Part shown: in pieces, positions 47,789 to 60,584 of the stretch
How the letters are laid out: each line of letters begins with the position of its first letter
Numbering within the stretch: position 1 is the first letter of the stretch
Source: Vitrella brassicaformis CCMP3155
Taxonomy: Eukaryota > Protista > Chromerida
Direction of reading: 5' to 3'
Length of the DNA: 64,000 nucleotides
Assembly (NCBI GenBank): GCA_001179505.1
Contig: CDMY01000328.1
Coordinates: forward strand, 1-64,000
The notes under the pieces: generated by a model
The model's database searches: none
What the model saw: only the letters and a program-made list of their open reading frames with translations
What the model was told of the DNA's origin: nothing
Made by a program: the position numbers and the translations under genes

Positions 47789-48261
47789 ATGGACGCATCT
47801 CACACCGCCCTCGAGCTTTCAGTCGAGGTGCCGATTGACGGATCCGTGCTGTACGGAAGCCACGTGTCGGTCCTCGGCAACATCGAGGCCCTCGGCCGCT
47901 GGCAGCCACGATCTGCCATTCGCATGAGTGCAACAGCTGTCCCGGTGACCACTGCGGACGGCCAGACAGTCTGGGGTCATCGGTGGGCGTCGAAGCCGAT
48001 ACGTGTGGAGGTGGATGGAATGTCTGCGGCTGTTATCGAGTACAAATGTGTGGCTATTAGCGACACGACGGGCGAGGTTCTGCGGTGGGAGCCCATCGGC
48101 GACGGCAAGAACCGCCGGCTGCCCATCGAGCGCCTCCAAAGCAACTACATCATGACCATGCCCGACAGGTGGGGCACTTCAGCCACGCGCCCCACGTACA
48201 GACCTCTTGACGGTACGCAACCCAGGCGTCTAGCCACCCCACAAGGGAAGGGGCCACGAAT

Positions 48262-48301
<40 letters not shown>

Positions 48302-50421
48302 AGCACACGACGGTCGCCGGGGGCTCGGCTGGCGTTGCGATGCCGACTGCTCAGCCGGAGGGGCGACAGGGCGACCTGATGGCTCGACAGCAGCAACTGG
48401 TACGTCTTATTTAAGGGCCTCACACGTGACACGGGCATCACGCACACGACATGACATGTGTCGGATATTTGTGGTCAGGAGAGTCAGTTTAGTGGTATTG
48501 TCGCACAGCTCCAACAACTACGTGTCGATCAGGTAAGCCTGACGCCACTCAGACAAGACCGCATTGATAAATGCATTCAGACAGACAGACAGACAGACAG
48601 ACATCATTCCCCCTTGTCGTGTGCACCATGTGCCAGTGTGGTCAGATGATGTCTGACCTGGAGCAGAAGCACTCCGAGGTACGAAACATTGACCTTTTGA
48701 TTCATTGGAAGGAGACCTGCCTGCCTGCCTCTCGCTCCGCTTGCCCTGTGGTTGTCCTTGCAGATAAGCTGCCTGATGTACCGCTTGTCCGCACTGGACA
48801 CCTCAGATCTCTCATCGCACGTATGCCTGTCTGGACATCTGCACGATAAGGACGGGCTCACACGCTCTGCCGCTGTCCGATTGTGTCATTCATGGCTGCA
48901 GGATTGTTCGCTCCACATGATAGCTGCGTTGGATCAGTACGCCAAGTTGAAGGCCTCGCTCAAGGCCCTCGTCAAGGCGGCCACATTCCCTCAGCGACGC
49001 ACTGCTGCATCGGTCAGTGAGCATACCAACCAATACAATTCCGAGGGGATGTGCTGTTTCCGTCTGTTATGGTCAGGCCAAGTTAGATGACCTCTCGGCC
49101 GACGCTATGGCTCGTCTGCAGGAGCCCCTCGACCTGCAGGGCGTCGGCTGCCTCAAGACGACTGCACCACTCGTCAACTATCACGTCAAGATGGCCCATC
49201 GTCGCCGGCTGGCCGTCGCCGTGGACAAGGCGGGTCTGACGGGTGTGGTGCGGTTTGCGCCTCAGCTGGGTGGCGGCGGCGTGATGAAGGCGCTGTGGCT
49301 GATGGAGGAGGGCGGCCGATGGGGAGAGGTGGGCAATGGACTGCGGGTGGCGGGTCAGTGTGGCTACTGCCAATTGCCCGTCACCATCGACGCTGTTGAC
49401 CTGCAGAAGCACGACACCAAGACGGTAAGGGAGCACATCACCTCATACAGGGAGGGGGAGAACAGGGTGCATCCATCGTCGTGTGTTCCTGTGTGTCAGG
49501 CCTATTTGTCGACGCCCCGTGTGACAGCCCAGTGGATGATCATTGGTCGGCACGTGGCCTTCCGTCGTGCGAATGGCCAGCAGGACGGCACCTTCGAGCT
49601 CTTCCGTGACAACACCACCAACGAAATCCGAGCCATCCGCGACGAGCCTGAGTTCGCCATCACCCTCAACCCGCCACTGCCCACCAATGCCGTGCACCCC
49701 CTGCAGCAGCACCCCTTCCAGCAGCACATCAAGCACGACGACCCCCCCGTCCAGTGGCCCATCCGGTTCGACTTCTTTGACGGCGGCAGCTGGGCGGCAA
49801 ACGCGGCTGGGCGGCAAACGCGGATGAGAGCACTTCTGCGTCGATGAGCTCCTTCATCGGGTGCATGATCATTCACCATTACTGCAGGAGCCGTGTCCAG
49901 GTCCACACCATGCTCATGGACATCGATCGGTAGGTTCCCTCCGGGGCACACATCGGACGTGGCAGTGGATCGCTGTCTGTCTGTTTGTGCGTGGATGTGT
50001 GTAGTGGCGTGAGGGGCGGCTATCTGGACGGCGTGCTGACGCGGTCGCCCCACACACCGCTGGAGGGATGTGCGGCCGTCACGACGACGGAAGCGGGCGA
50101 TGGAGGTGCAGGTCAGACTCATCTGCTGACGGCCTTCGACGACCCCTTCATAGCGTGGGTCCAATTCTGGGTCAGACCTGACGACCGTCAGAATGGTGAG
50201 TGAGAGCTGCGAGTGCGGACAGACAGACAGACAGACAGGCAGACAGGCTCATTGTCTGTCCCTTCTCTCATGTGGCAGTGATTGTCTTGCTAGGGACGAC
50301 TGAGCAGCCGGTGGGCAGTCCGGGCGATCCGTTCCCCGCCAGGCATCAGCGCACGGCCGCCCTGGCTCGTCGGTCGTTGGGCCCTGTCGCACCGGTATTG
50401 CTCGACGGACAGGCGCCGTAG
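47789..50421 (+). pseudogene. CBM20 (starch-binding) domain fused to a lineage-specific domain; frameshifted by a 17-nt duplication
   Basis: CBM20 motifs VSVLGNIEALGRWQPRSAIRM, HRW, IEYKCV and RWEPIGDGKNRRL. Removing one copy of the duplication at 49789-49822 restores the frame through to LGPVAPVLLDGQAP* at 50421. Confidence 0.6.
49789..49822. repeat. Perfect 17-nt tandem duplication (GCTGGGCGGCAAACGCG x2)
   Basis: Directly visible in the sequence. Confidence 0.97.
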
Positions 50422-50800
50422 AGGACAGACACAATGATAACACAACACGGTGAGGGCAGCCAGGACGATGCAAAAGAGGCCGCTGCACGCCCCTCATATG
50501 TCTGTCTCTCTCTCGTCTGTGTTGCAGTTGGTGGTGGTGGTGATATGGTCGCATCATTAGCTGAGTGTGTGCAGAGGGATGGCTTCATCCGTCCATTGGG
50601 ATTATCCGTGCTTGCCTGTGAGTAGACTGGTCGGCAGCTGAAGGGGGCGATCACTCTGTGTGTTCATGCAATGATACGGCGTGAATATGTGAATCCACAC
50701 ACACTCACGTATGGCGACTGCACTGCACGCCCGAGTCGCTCGTCAATAAAACATATATGAACCCACACACGCCAGGCAATGCAAGTAGCTGGCCATACAC

Positions 50801-53800
50801 TCACACACACCTCACACCGATAGATAAAGACGCCTCACGAACAAATCGACGTATCGACGTATGCCTTCCTGCCATCCATCCATCCATCCCCTGTGAGTGT
50901 GTCACCTCAGCCCAGCCACGAGCCTCATCCAGAGAGACGGGCGCCTCCTCTGCTGCCTCCGTGGTGGCAGCTGGGCCGCGGCTTGATCGATGCTGTGGGG
51001 GACAAGAGATTCGGCTTGTGATGATGACAGGAAGGGATGGGGAGGAGGGATGCTGTTCCCCTGCAGACAGACACGCAGCCAAGAGACAGATACAGCTGGC
51101 GGAATAAATGACAAACTCGCCTCTTACCATTTGGTCGAGTTTTCTCGTGTCCTTCAGCCCCGCACCGCCCCCCTCAGCCGACTCGCCCGTCAACAGCTGC
51201 GCACACAACACAACCCAATCAGCACCGACGTTGCTTTGGTGTCTCGCCTGTGTCTGTGTAGCTGCTTACGTCTTTGAATGCATCATCTGACGTCTCCTCG
51301 CCGAACCTCCTGGGTATCTTCTGGCCCTGAGCCGCTGCCGCACGGATCCTGATGATCTCGTTGGCCTTCTCGTGCAGTAACTGTGTGAATGCGTATATCA
51401 GTGTGTATCAGTGTCTCATGTGTGTGTGCGTGGTTTGGTGTATCTCCCTGTCACCTACCTGGTCCTGTGCCGTGGTTTCCTTTTGCAATGCGATGGCCCT
51501 GCTGATGGCAGACACCGTGGACTCGACAGACACACGAAAACCCTCGTCAAACCTGGTTTGGTTGACAGATCAGACGACCAAAGGAAGACATGGCATGGAG
51601 TCTTTGTCTCGTGTTGCTGACCTGTCCATTGCCTCTTGCACTGCCACGGCCTCCGTCTGATTGGCCCTCCTCCTGACGGGGTAGGGCGTCGCCCAGCCAG
51701 TGAGGTGACGCTCACGCAAGAGCTCACGCAGTCCCCTGTCGACCGATGGCACGGCGGCCTCAGCCATGGCAGTAAGCCATGACTTGCCTGGAGACAGCAT
51801 ACAAACAGCAGCCAACGAATGCATCCGTGGACAGGCCAGGCCGTAGGTGAGGTGGCTCTCCCTACCGCTTTCATGTGAATGTGCGATGGGTGTGGCCCCG
51901 TCCTGATCGAGATGCCGCCATGACGCGTCATCTGCCGACGCGGGGATGGATTGCACACGCAGGCCGGCCAGGAGAGAGCCGAGGGCCGCTCGTAGTGGTG
52001 ACTGGAGGGTCCTCAGCTGCAGCAGATAGGCCTCGACCACCTCGTACAGGGCGCGCTGCACACATACAGCCACACGAGAACAGACAACTGTGTCCCTCTC
52101 CTCTCGCCCTTCAGTTCTCCATCACCATGTGTTTTCTCGGTGCAGCGAAGTCCACATGAAGGATGGCGGCGTGGGGCGCTGTCAGCAGCACAGGGCTCCC
52201 AAACACATGAAGAGGCAGCCTCGCGTCGTTTCTCCTCATGTGGCGTCTCGATAGCACCGACAAGAGTGACTCTGACGCGTGGGAGTGCCGTCTTGGTGGG
52301 GCCTTGTCTTCTTGAGCCTTTCCCAAGTGCCCCAATGCGTCGAGTGCCGACTGACGGGCGAGGAGGGCGTCGATCGATATGAGTTGGTTCAGGTCAGGGT
52401 GGCTGTCCAGACCGATGCTGGCCCTGATGACATCGCCGATCGCGGCCTCCAGTCCATCTCCTGACGAATCTGACGGGAGGAAACAAGGTGATTACAGCAT
52501 ATATGTTTCTCGTGCCTCTCTCTTCTCCGTCCCACCGAGTGTGGCCACGATGGACCCCACTGCGGCATCCCCAAGCACCATGGCAACCTCCCCGGCCACT
52601 GCATTGCAGGGCCGCCGGTTGCATGGCCGATATGCCACAGGCCGGCCGGAAGCTGGACACTCATAGTGGGGGAGCGCCTCCAGCTCGAGCGCGGTCCCAG
52701 TGTCTTCGCTTATCAGGATCATGGTGTCGTTCTTGCGGATGGTTCTCGAAGGGTCCCGGACACAACGCAGCTCGCGCACCTGAGCAAAGAAGGTGAGCTA
52801 TAAGCTCTGTATCGTCTCTGTCTGTCTGTCTGTCTGTCTAAGTGACCGTGCAGGTACCGGACCTGTACGCCTTCCCCACAGACTTGTGAGCACTTCTGCC
52901 ACATCCCGACAATCCACCGTGCACCATTAGGGTGGCCAGCACTTGCTGCACCACGCGATTGGTCACAGCCTTGCCTCCCGCAATAGCACTTGCCCTTCAC
53001 ACAGATGCCCCGCCACCCACACGCGCCTCCGCAATCCGACGTGATGTCCACAGACGGCTTCACCACCACCTCCACCCCCCGCACGACCGCCAATGTCCTT
53101 GTCGGCTGTTGCTGGTGGGTGGGAGAGGTCTCGCCCTTGTCACCGGACGGGAGGATGGTCGTCACTTCTGCCTTGCCCTTTGTGTCCACATGACTGGATG
53201 TGCCTCTGTCTCCAGCAGCAGATGCGCCCCCGAACAGCCTGCCAAGCCAGCCGCCGGGGTGATCGGATGTGCTGCTCTCTGTCTTGACAAATCGCGGCGC
53301 TTTAGTGAGGGGCGCCTCGGCGCGCTGTCTTGTCTTATCTCGCGACAGGACAGCCATTGCGATTGCCAGTCCCATGCCACCACCTGTGGGCAGCAAACCC
53401 GCTCTTCTCGACGACATTCGGAGGTGCCGCAGAGCCCGGCCGACCATCAGCAGCATGGCTCGCCCCCGTCTCCTCAGTGCCGGCAGGAGGGCCTTCATTG
53501 CGTGAGGTGGCGGGGCTGTGGCAGGGTGGAAGCCGATAAATGAAGGTGCAGGGGAAAGGTAGGCCGTCAGGTTGCCGACGACACCCTCGATCCACTGCAC
53601 GATGCTTCGCGTTAGATCCAGGGTGGAAAGCTCACTGGCTGAGAGGGGGGCGATGAGAGATTGCTCTCTGTTGCCGGGGTCATCATCGTGCTGCTGTCTT
53701 GCGCCAAGCTGGTCGTCGTATTCGGCCACGAGTGTGAGGCAGTAGCTGCGGGTTGGCTCGAGGCCCTCGATAGTCAGATACGGGCGGCGGGCCGCGTTGA

Positions 53801-56800
53801 GACTCGTCACGTCCTTGTCCAACACTGCACGAGACGAACACACAGGATCATTCCTTTGCGTCTTACGTACGTGTTACTGTATATATTGTCTTACCGATAG
53901 TGCCCTCCTCCTTATCATCTTGTGTGACCACCAGTGAGAGGCGACTGAGGTCCCGCAGCAGTGGCACCCACCGCACCCACAGCGAGCCCCTCACGCGACC
54001 CACCAAGGGTGTCGGAGGCGGCTCATACTCGGGCTGTCCGTCCCCCCTCACCCGCACCGCCATGCTCTTGCAGGTCTGCTCGTTGCATGGCTTTGTCTGC
54101 GACTGTTCGGCATCGCCACACGCGCCTTCCCGCCCCTCCCGCACCACCATTCGTCGTCTTGTTTGTGTGCCGCCGTCACAGGACTTGCTGCAAGTCGACC
54201 ATTCAGACCAGCTTGACAGCAGACACACGCCCTGCTCGTGTGCCTCCCACAGCCGGCGGCACATCTGCCCCACATCGACCAGAGGCCCGTGATAGGCCGG
54301 CTGGTCAGCAGATGTGGCACCAGTGGCATTGTGGATGCGATAGCGCCTCAGAAATGATGAAAGATGGGTGTCGTTGACGCGTCTCGTGTCGATGATATGG
54401 GTGTGTGGCGAAGGGGAAGGTGTTGCCGACGGCTGAGGGGCAAAGATGTCCTGGCACGCGTCGAAGGCCTGGCTGAGAGGGGGGATGAAGCAGAGAGTGC
54501 GGAGTGGCACGTCAGCATCGAGTTGCTGCTGCAGGTCCGTGGCACATGTCTGCAGCCAATGGTCCTTCTCCTCGGGACCTGCAGGCAGGCAGGCAGGCAG
54601 GCAGAGACATGACGCAGAGGAAGGTAATGTACCTGCCGCCGTGAGGAGGGTGGCGCATATTGCGGGAGCTCGCTGATCGTTCTCAGTGTCGTTTGCGGTC
54701 GATCGGCTGATGATGTGGTGGATGGCAATGCCCAGTTGGTCGCAGAAAGGCGGGGCTTCATACTCCTGAACAAATCCCCAACGAGGCGGTGTGTGTAGAC
54801 GTGTGCTCTCAGGGCACTCACCTCGATGCAGTAGCCCTTGATCTGCTGCAGTGCTGTATTTGCAACGTCTGTCGGCGTCTGTGTGAGCAGATGATGCACG
54901 TCGGCGGAACACTGCAGCATGTCGCTGGAGACGTCCTCGCCCAACGAACACAGCTGCTGCGGGTCACTCAAACCATCCAACGCCGCAGACCTGACACACA
55001 TACACACAGACAGACAGACAGAGAGAAGAGAACAGAACATGCAGCAAAGGCACCACCTGCAGCCATCCTCATGACTGACTTACCTGACGGCGTCGCATTT
55101 CTTGGCCGCTGCCTGAGTTATCGCCCCCTCCATGCAGTCATCATACAGCAGCTGAGCCCTCTTCTCGCCATCCCCTCCGGCTGGCTTGAGCAGCGACGTC
55201 GCGCGTGCGACACATGTGTCGAAGGCGAATGCGTTGGGATGGAGAGTCACTGCCAGAGGGCCACAGACGAGGGATGGATGGGGATGGTCCTGTGCTGAGC
55301 TCAGTGTCTCCTCGACAGCCTGCTTGAGTGGGGCACAAGCGAGGGCCTCTCCCGTGTTGCGTGCCGATGAGTCGCTGTCTTGTCCTGTGCACGCGCGGTA
55401 TACCGTGTCAGCAAATGCATCAGCTGAAGACGCATTCGCACCAGCCATAGAGCTAATCACGTCCTGACACACCTGAAGGAAGACACGGACAGACAGATGG
55501 AGCATTTAAATGACTGACAATCGCACTCAAAGACCAATGAATGGCTTTTTTTGCACCTGGTTAGCGTCCGATCCATGAACACCACTGTGTCCGTGGTCCA
55601 ATCTCTTTCTCGGCGCGAAGCTGCGCCAGCTTGGCGAGAAGAGTCCACACAGGTTGGCCTCCGTCACGTGCCCACGGTCGACCAGATGCGACACTTCGGC
55701 CATGAACACGTCACATCTGGCTGTACCCGGCCACTTCTCGGCCACTCGCTGACACGCCTTCCTCGCCACGCCCTCCAGCTCCTCGCTGCCGAGTAGAGGC
55801 CTTTCCATGTGCTCGTCTGTGCCGGTAGAGCCGCCTTGTGGATTGATGACAACGCTGTGGGGGGAGACGTCACTTGTCTGCTGAGCAGAGAAAAGGAGGC
55901 TGGCTCGGGCGGTCGGCCCCGGGGCATTCTTGGCGTTGACCTTGTCGAGCTGCAGGGCGGCGAGAAGCTCCACACAAATGCTGAGGGGCGTGTTCGTGGC
56001 CAGGATGGGGAGACCATGACCGTCAGGCTGGTTGCTGTCGGAACCTGCCGGCCTGGAGGTATTTGCCTTGGCCGCTGCCGAGAGGGAGCTGCCGATATGA
56101 CTATCTTCCGTCTTGTTGCCGTCCCTCAGACCCTCGGTATCTTGCCCTCCTGCGCGCCGAGTGTACAAGGGTGCCACCAGAGAGCACAGCACGCCAGGAT
56201 GGATACCTTCCTCGACCAGAGACGAAACAGCAGTGCCGAAAGCCATACAGCCGACACCATCCGTCGAGACATCCTTGGCCGCGCGGAGCGGCTGTGGCCG
56301 ACTTCTGCGCCAAGGAAGGTGGTCGAACATCGAGCTGAATGGGTTGCGGCTGCCTGACCGCTGGAAAAAGGCAGTAGGGGCGTGTTGCGCATGGGAAGGG
56401 CATGTCTGCTGGCAGAGGGAGACGAAATATGCGGGTGCGTTGGTGTGGGATAGGGGGGAGGGAAGAGCATCGTGGCTAGTCGTGTTGGCCGCTACTGGGA
56501 TGATCAGCTGCCCTTGCTCCAGCCCCTGCAAAAGAGCAATCAATCAAGCATAGTGACATGTATGTGTCTTTGATTTCTTTCCTTCTCGGCTTGACTTACC
56601 CTCACGCACTTGTCCCTGCCGTGCTGCCACAGATAATCAGAGTTCCCTCCGTATCTCTCCAACTCGTGCTGGAAAAGACCGACGGCATCCCTCAGCTCAG
56701 CTGACATGCCCATCACACCGAGGCCTCTATCCCCGCTCCTCAGCTGTATGAGCCCCTCGAATGCGCCAAGGAAATCGGTTGATAGAGACGAACGGTTGCT

Positions 56801-57289
56801 GGGTGGTCTTGGGGCTCCCAGGATGTGATCCAGGTCCATGTACAGGGGCGAGAGGACCGAACACAGCTGGGAGGGGGGCAGTCCGGCCGACACGAGAGAT
56901 GCCAGGTAGCGCCCAACGACCAAACACGATGAGTGCAAACCCTCATCGGCGGGCTGCTGCTGGAGCAACGTTGTCGGAGCAGACACGCACAGGTTGCCGA
57001 AGTGGTCCCTGACGGAAGACGCTGAGAGAGGGAGGGCGACCGACGCTGCACCCTCCGTCCTCAGAAGGCCTTCCCGCAGTAGATCCTGTAGACAGTGCTT
57101 CTCGGCCAGCTTCCTCTGGTCAGTGTTTGCATCCATCCACAGCAGCTGTGGATTGAACAGATGGCGCATCGTCGCCTCCACAATGGCGCCGGGCGAAGGG
57201 GGCGCCGCAGCTGGCCGTGCGGCAACGATGCGCTGCAATGGGCATCGTGCGAGGGGGAGAAGGCACCCAAGAAGCGCCAAGACCAGCAT
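50801..57289 (-). CDS. Large secreted adhesin-like protein: signal peptide, about 6 four-Cys saposin-like modules, TSP1, FN3-like, EGF-like, second TSP1, helical tail
   Basis: Signal MLVLALLGCLLPLARC; TSP1 SSWSEWSTCSKSCDGGTQTRRR; FN3-like YLTIEGLEPTRSYCLTLVA; EGF-like CGGACGWRGICVKGKCYC; ADAMTS-type TSP1 WIVGMWQKCSQVCGEGVQVR|RELRC...CNRRPC. The 3' end is approximate. Confidence 0.8.
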
Positions 57290-57387
57290 CGCATCGTTTA
57301 CATCGCACAAGTTGCAAGCTTAGCCAATGAATTGGATCGAACCCATGAATCTCATGAATCCCCTACACACATTAATACATGAATCGC

Positions 57388-59488
57388 TCAGAACTCGATG
57401 GCCGAATGCCTCTTGCGCGACTTGTCACTCGAAACAACTCCGGTCCTTGTCCTCGCAATGCCCATCTTCCCCCGGGGCTCCTTGGCTTGCGTCATGCCCT
57501 TGAGTCTCGAGACATGGTGTCCCATGGCTGCTGGGCCCATCGTCGCACGCTTCTGGATCATCCCATTAGGCGCCGTGACATCCTCCGTCTCGTCCGCTTG
57601 TGGCTTGTGAGATTCGATATATTTATCTAACTCCTCCTGAGACAGCTTCAGCCTCTTCTCGTCCAGCAATCTTCTTGCCAATTCCATGTCCTTTGCCACT
57701 ATGCTAGCTGCAGCTTGGATGACGGCAAAAGGCGGCATTTCCTCCTCGACTGGTTCCACAGGATCACTGTCCTTCTCTTCTGGTGGCACAACAGCCACTG
57801 GCGGAGGCTCAGGCGGATCCAAGAAGTCCCCCGCCTTGTCTACAGTCATGTCGGCTAGGGGATCCTCTTCTTCATCATCGTCGTCGTAGCCGATGGGCTC
57901 ATCGGATGGCTGTGGCAGAGCCAGTGTCATGTCTTCTGATTCATCCGCTGGACTGGCATGCGCTCGCCTAGCGGTGTCTCTCTTGACTGAAGTCGCCCTT
58001 GGGGAATCGCGTGGAGTCGACTTGTCGCGCGGCATGTTCATGAACTGGGTGGGCGATGGAATCTTCGGCAGCTGCGTCCAGTGGACCTTTAGAGGGGAGT
58101 CTGCCTGTGAGCGAAAGCGAGGCGAGCTGGCGTTGAAGGCCTTGTCGTGGTCCAGGCGCTTGCTTCCCCTCTTCTTCCTTTCGTCACTTCTTGCTGTAGC
58201 CGGCGTCATCGGGTGATAGGCCGCCAGCACAGTAGTGGACGGAGTGCTGCTTTTGAACGTGCTCCTGGTTGTGTATGAGGGCCGTCTCGGCGGTGGCAAG
58301 AGGGCGAAATCGGGCAAGTAGTCAGCCAGCTGGACCGTCCCTGAGCCCCTGCTCGACGGCTGCTGGAGAAGTGACGTGGGGCTTCTCGCAGCGCCATGTG
58401 GTGGAGTGTTGACCTGGGCATATCCGGGTCCTCGTTGTATCCAAGAAACCGGCTCTTCGGTCAACCCGTGTATGGGCGAGTGAACAAGGACGCGGGCATC
58501 GTAGTGTCGGACATGCAGCAATGTCGAGGGTGACAGCGGCCGCATCTCTCGTCTGAATAGCCGCCGCGATGACACAGAGCGCCCTGCCCTGGTTTTCTGT
58601 CTTGTCGTCTCTCCCTCTCTAATGTCAGCCGCTGGTGGTGGAGTGGCATCAGTTGCCTCCTCTTGGTGCTCATAATCGTGCTCGGTGTGGCCAAGAGGCG
58701 GTGGATCGTGTTCAAGGTCTCGAAAGGTGACGAAGTGCCATGACGCCGACAGCTCCTGTTTAGGGATGGCCAGCTCTCCTTTGTCCACCATTCTGAGCCG
58801 GGCGTCGTAGCAATCACCTGCCCGAAAACGTGTGTAGAAGGGCTCTAATCCACCAGCCAGCATTAGACAGAGGATAATTAAGAAGCCGTGTCTGATGTTT
58901 CTGTGTGTACTGAGTGGGTGATTGACCTTTGAGAGACTTGGGCCGTTCGGTGCTGAAGCGGTCATATGGATAAGGCACCTGACCGGCCGGCAGCTTCTGC
59001 TGCGACAGATCCACCCTGCACCAAGCACAAGCACAAGCAGAGCGCCATATGTGTCAGGGGAAGGCCCATAATCTCGGTCACCTTTCGGGAAGCAAATCAG
59101 GGGAAACTCCACCATGTTTTTCCGCTTCGTGCCTCCCTGTCGCTTCCTCGCACACAGATGCATGCTGGGAGGCTCGGCCTTTGGGCAGTTCGTTGCTTCC
59201 CACAGCTGGGGGAGGTTGAGCCTCTTCAAGCTCAGGTTGAACCTCTGGCCTCTGTTCATTCTCTTCCACGGCACTCTCCGTCCGCACGGGCTCCTCGCCC
59301 GTCGCCTCTCCGCTGCTCTCGTCCTGCCAGTCACCGTTCTCCTCCTGCTGAACCCATTCTTCATCCTCTCCGCTCCCATCGTCATTCTTTGTGGCCGCCC
59401 CTGTCAGGTGGGCCTCTGCAACACCGATGGCCTCCTCAACCACCACCTTGGAAAGCTCCGTTATCGCAGGATCTCGGATGTCCTCCAT
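57388..59488 (-). CDS. Hypothetical, largely disordered acidic/Pro-rich protein, multi-exon
   Basis: Acidic first exon MEDIRDPAITELS..., a small exon VDLSQQKLPAGQVPYPYDRF, and a long terminal exon EPFYTRF...RKRHSAIEF*. Confidence 0.6.
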
Positions 59489-59722
59489 GGGTTTTGCATG
59501 CACTTCAGTGGGCCGTCCCCAGGGGGATCCTCCGTCTCAGGATCGCGAGAGTGCTACGGATTGCTTCGCTCACACTGTTTGACCACACGTACAGCAGCTG
59601 AAGAGAAGGTCTTGGAGATTCGCTTTCACAGAAGCATCACGACACCCGCAGGAGTGGGAAGGGAGACCCACCATCGCTCCTGTTGTCTCGTCTCTCTCCG
59701 TGTGTCTGTCTGTGTGTGGTAT

Positions 59723-59759
59723 GCATGGGCGACCAGCACATCTGATCTAGAGGCGGCAA
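59723..59759. promoter_or_regulatory. Conserved 37-nt non-coding element, copy 2
   Basis: GCATGGGCGACCAGCACATCTGATCTAGAGGCGGCAA matches 5214-5250 at 34/37 positions. Confidence 0.5.
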
Positions 59760-60584
59760 TGATTAGTATGTAGGCAGTGGCAAAGGCACAGGCAGGCAAT
59801 CACGGAAACACAAGCGCAGAGAAGGTCTTGCCTGCATTATGCACACATTCGTATAATGCACGCACTGCACTCATGGACAGCCAGCCTACAACCGTCGCCC
59901 TTCAGTGCATCCGCCAGCGAACCTGGGTCGGTGACACACGAGGATGTCGTGTGGCATCAAGTCCGATACCCTGGGTGACGTACTGCATTGCGACGATCGA
60001 TCGACACATCACATCACACATCGTCCGCAACCACAGATCAATGCCTCCTGCCAAATCCACCGCTGATGCGCTGCCTGGTCGGTGATGAAACCCATGACAG
60101 CCAGTCCCCAGGCTGTCTTGTTCTTCACCGCTGACCAGGCACTGCACCAACAGCGACTCAGCAACGCAACGACACACAGCAGAAGGATGCAAACTCATCT
60201 GAAGAGCTAGCACCGTCCACATAAATGCACCCAGGCCCCGCGAACGTCGCATGGATGAGGCTGCACCGCACTTTCACCCAGATGGAAAAAACGGCGGCAC
60301 GGCAACACACCAGCAGCCAGCGCGACATGCATGCCCTCCCTTCCCGATGCATAACATGCTTGAACGACCGCGTCACACTCGCATTGGAAAAAGAGTGGCA
60401 CACGACGACAGACAGAAACACAACGAGGCAGTCACTTCTCCGTCTCTAGCCCCCCACAGACGTACACACGTGCAGGGAAGGAGCAAGTCGGCGAGATGAC
60501 AAAGGTACCACGCATAGCATAAGTACCCAGACAGACAGAGTAGCGATTCGAGTGTGTCGGCTGGCTGGCTGGCTGGCTGGCTGA

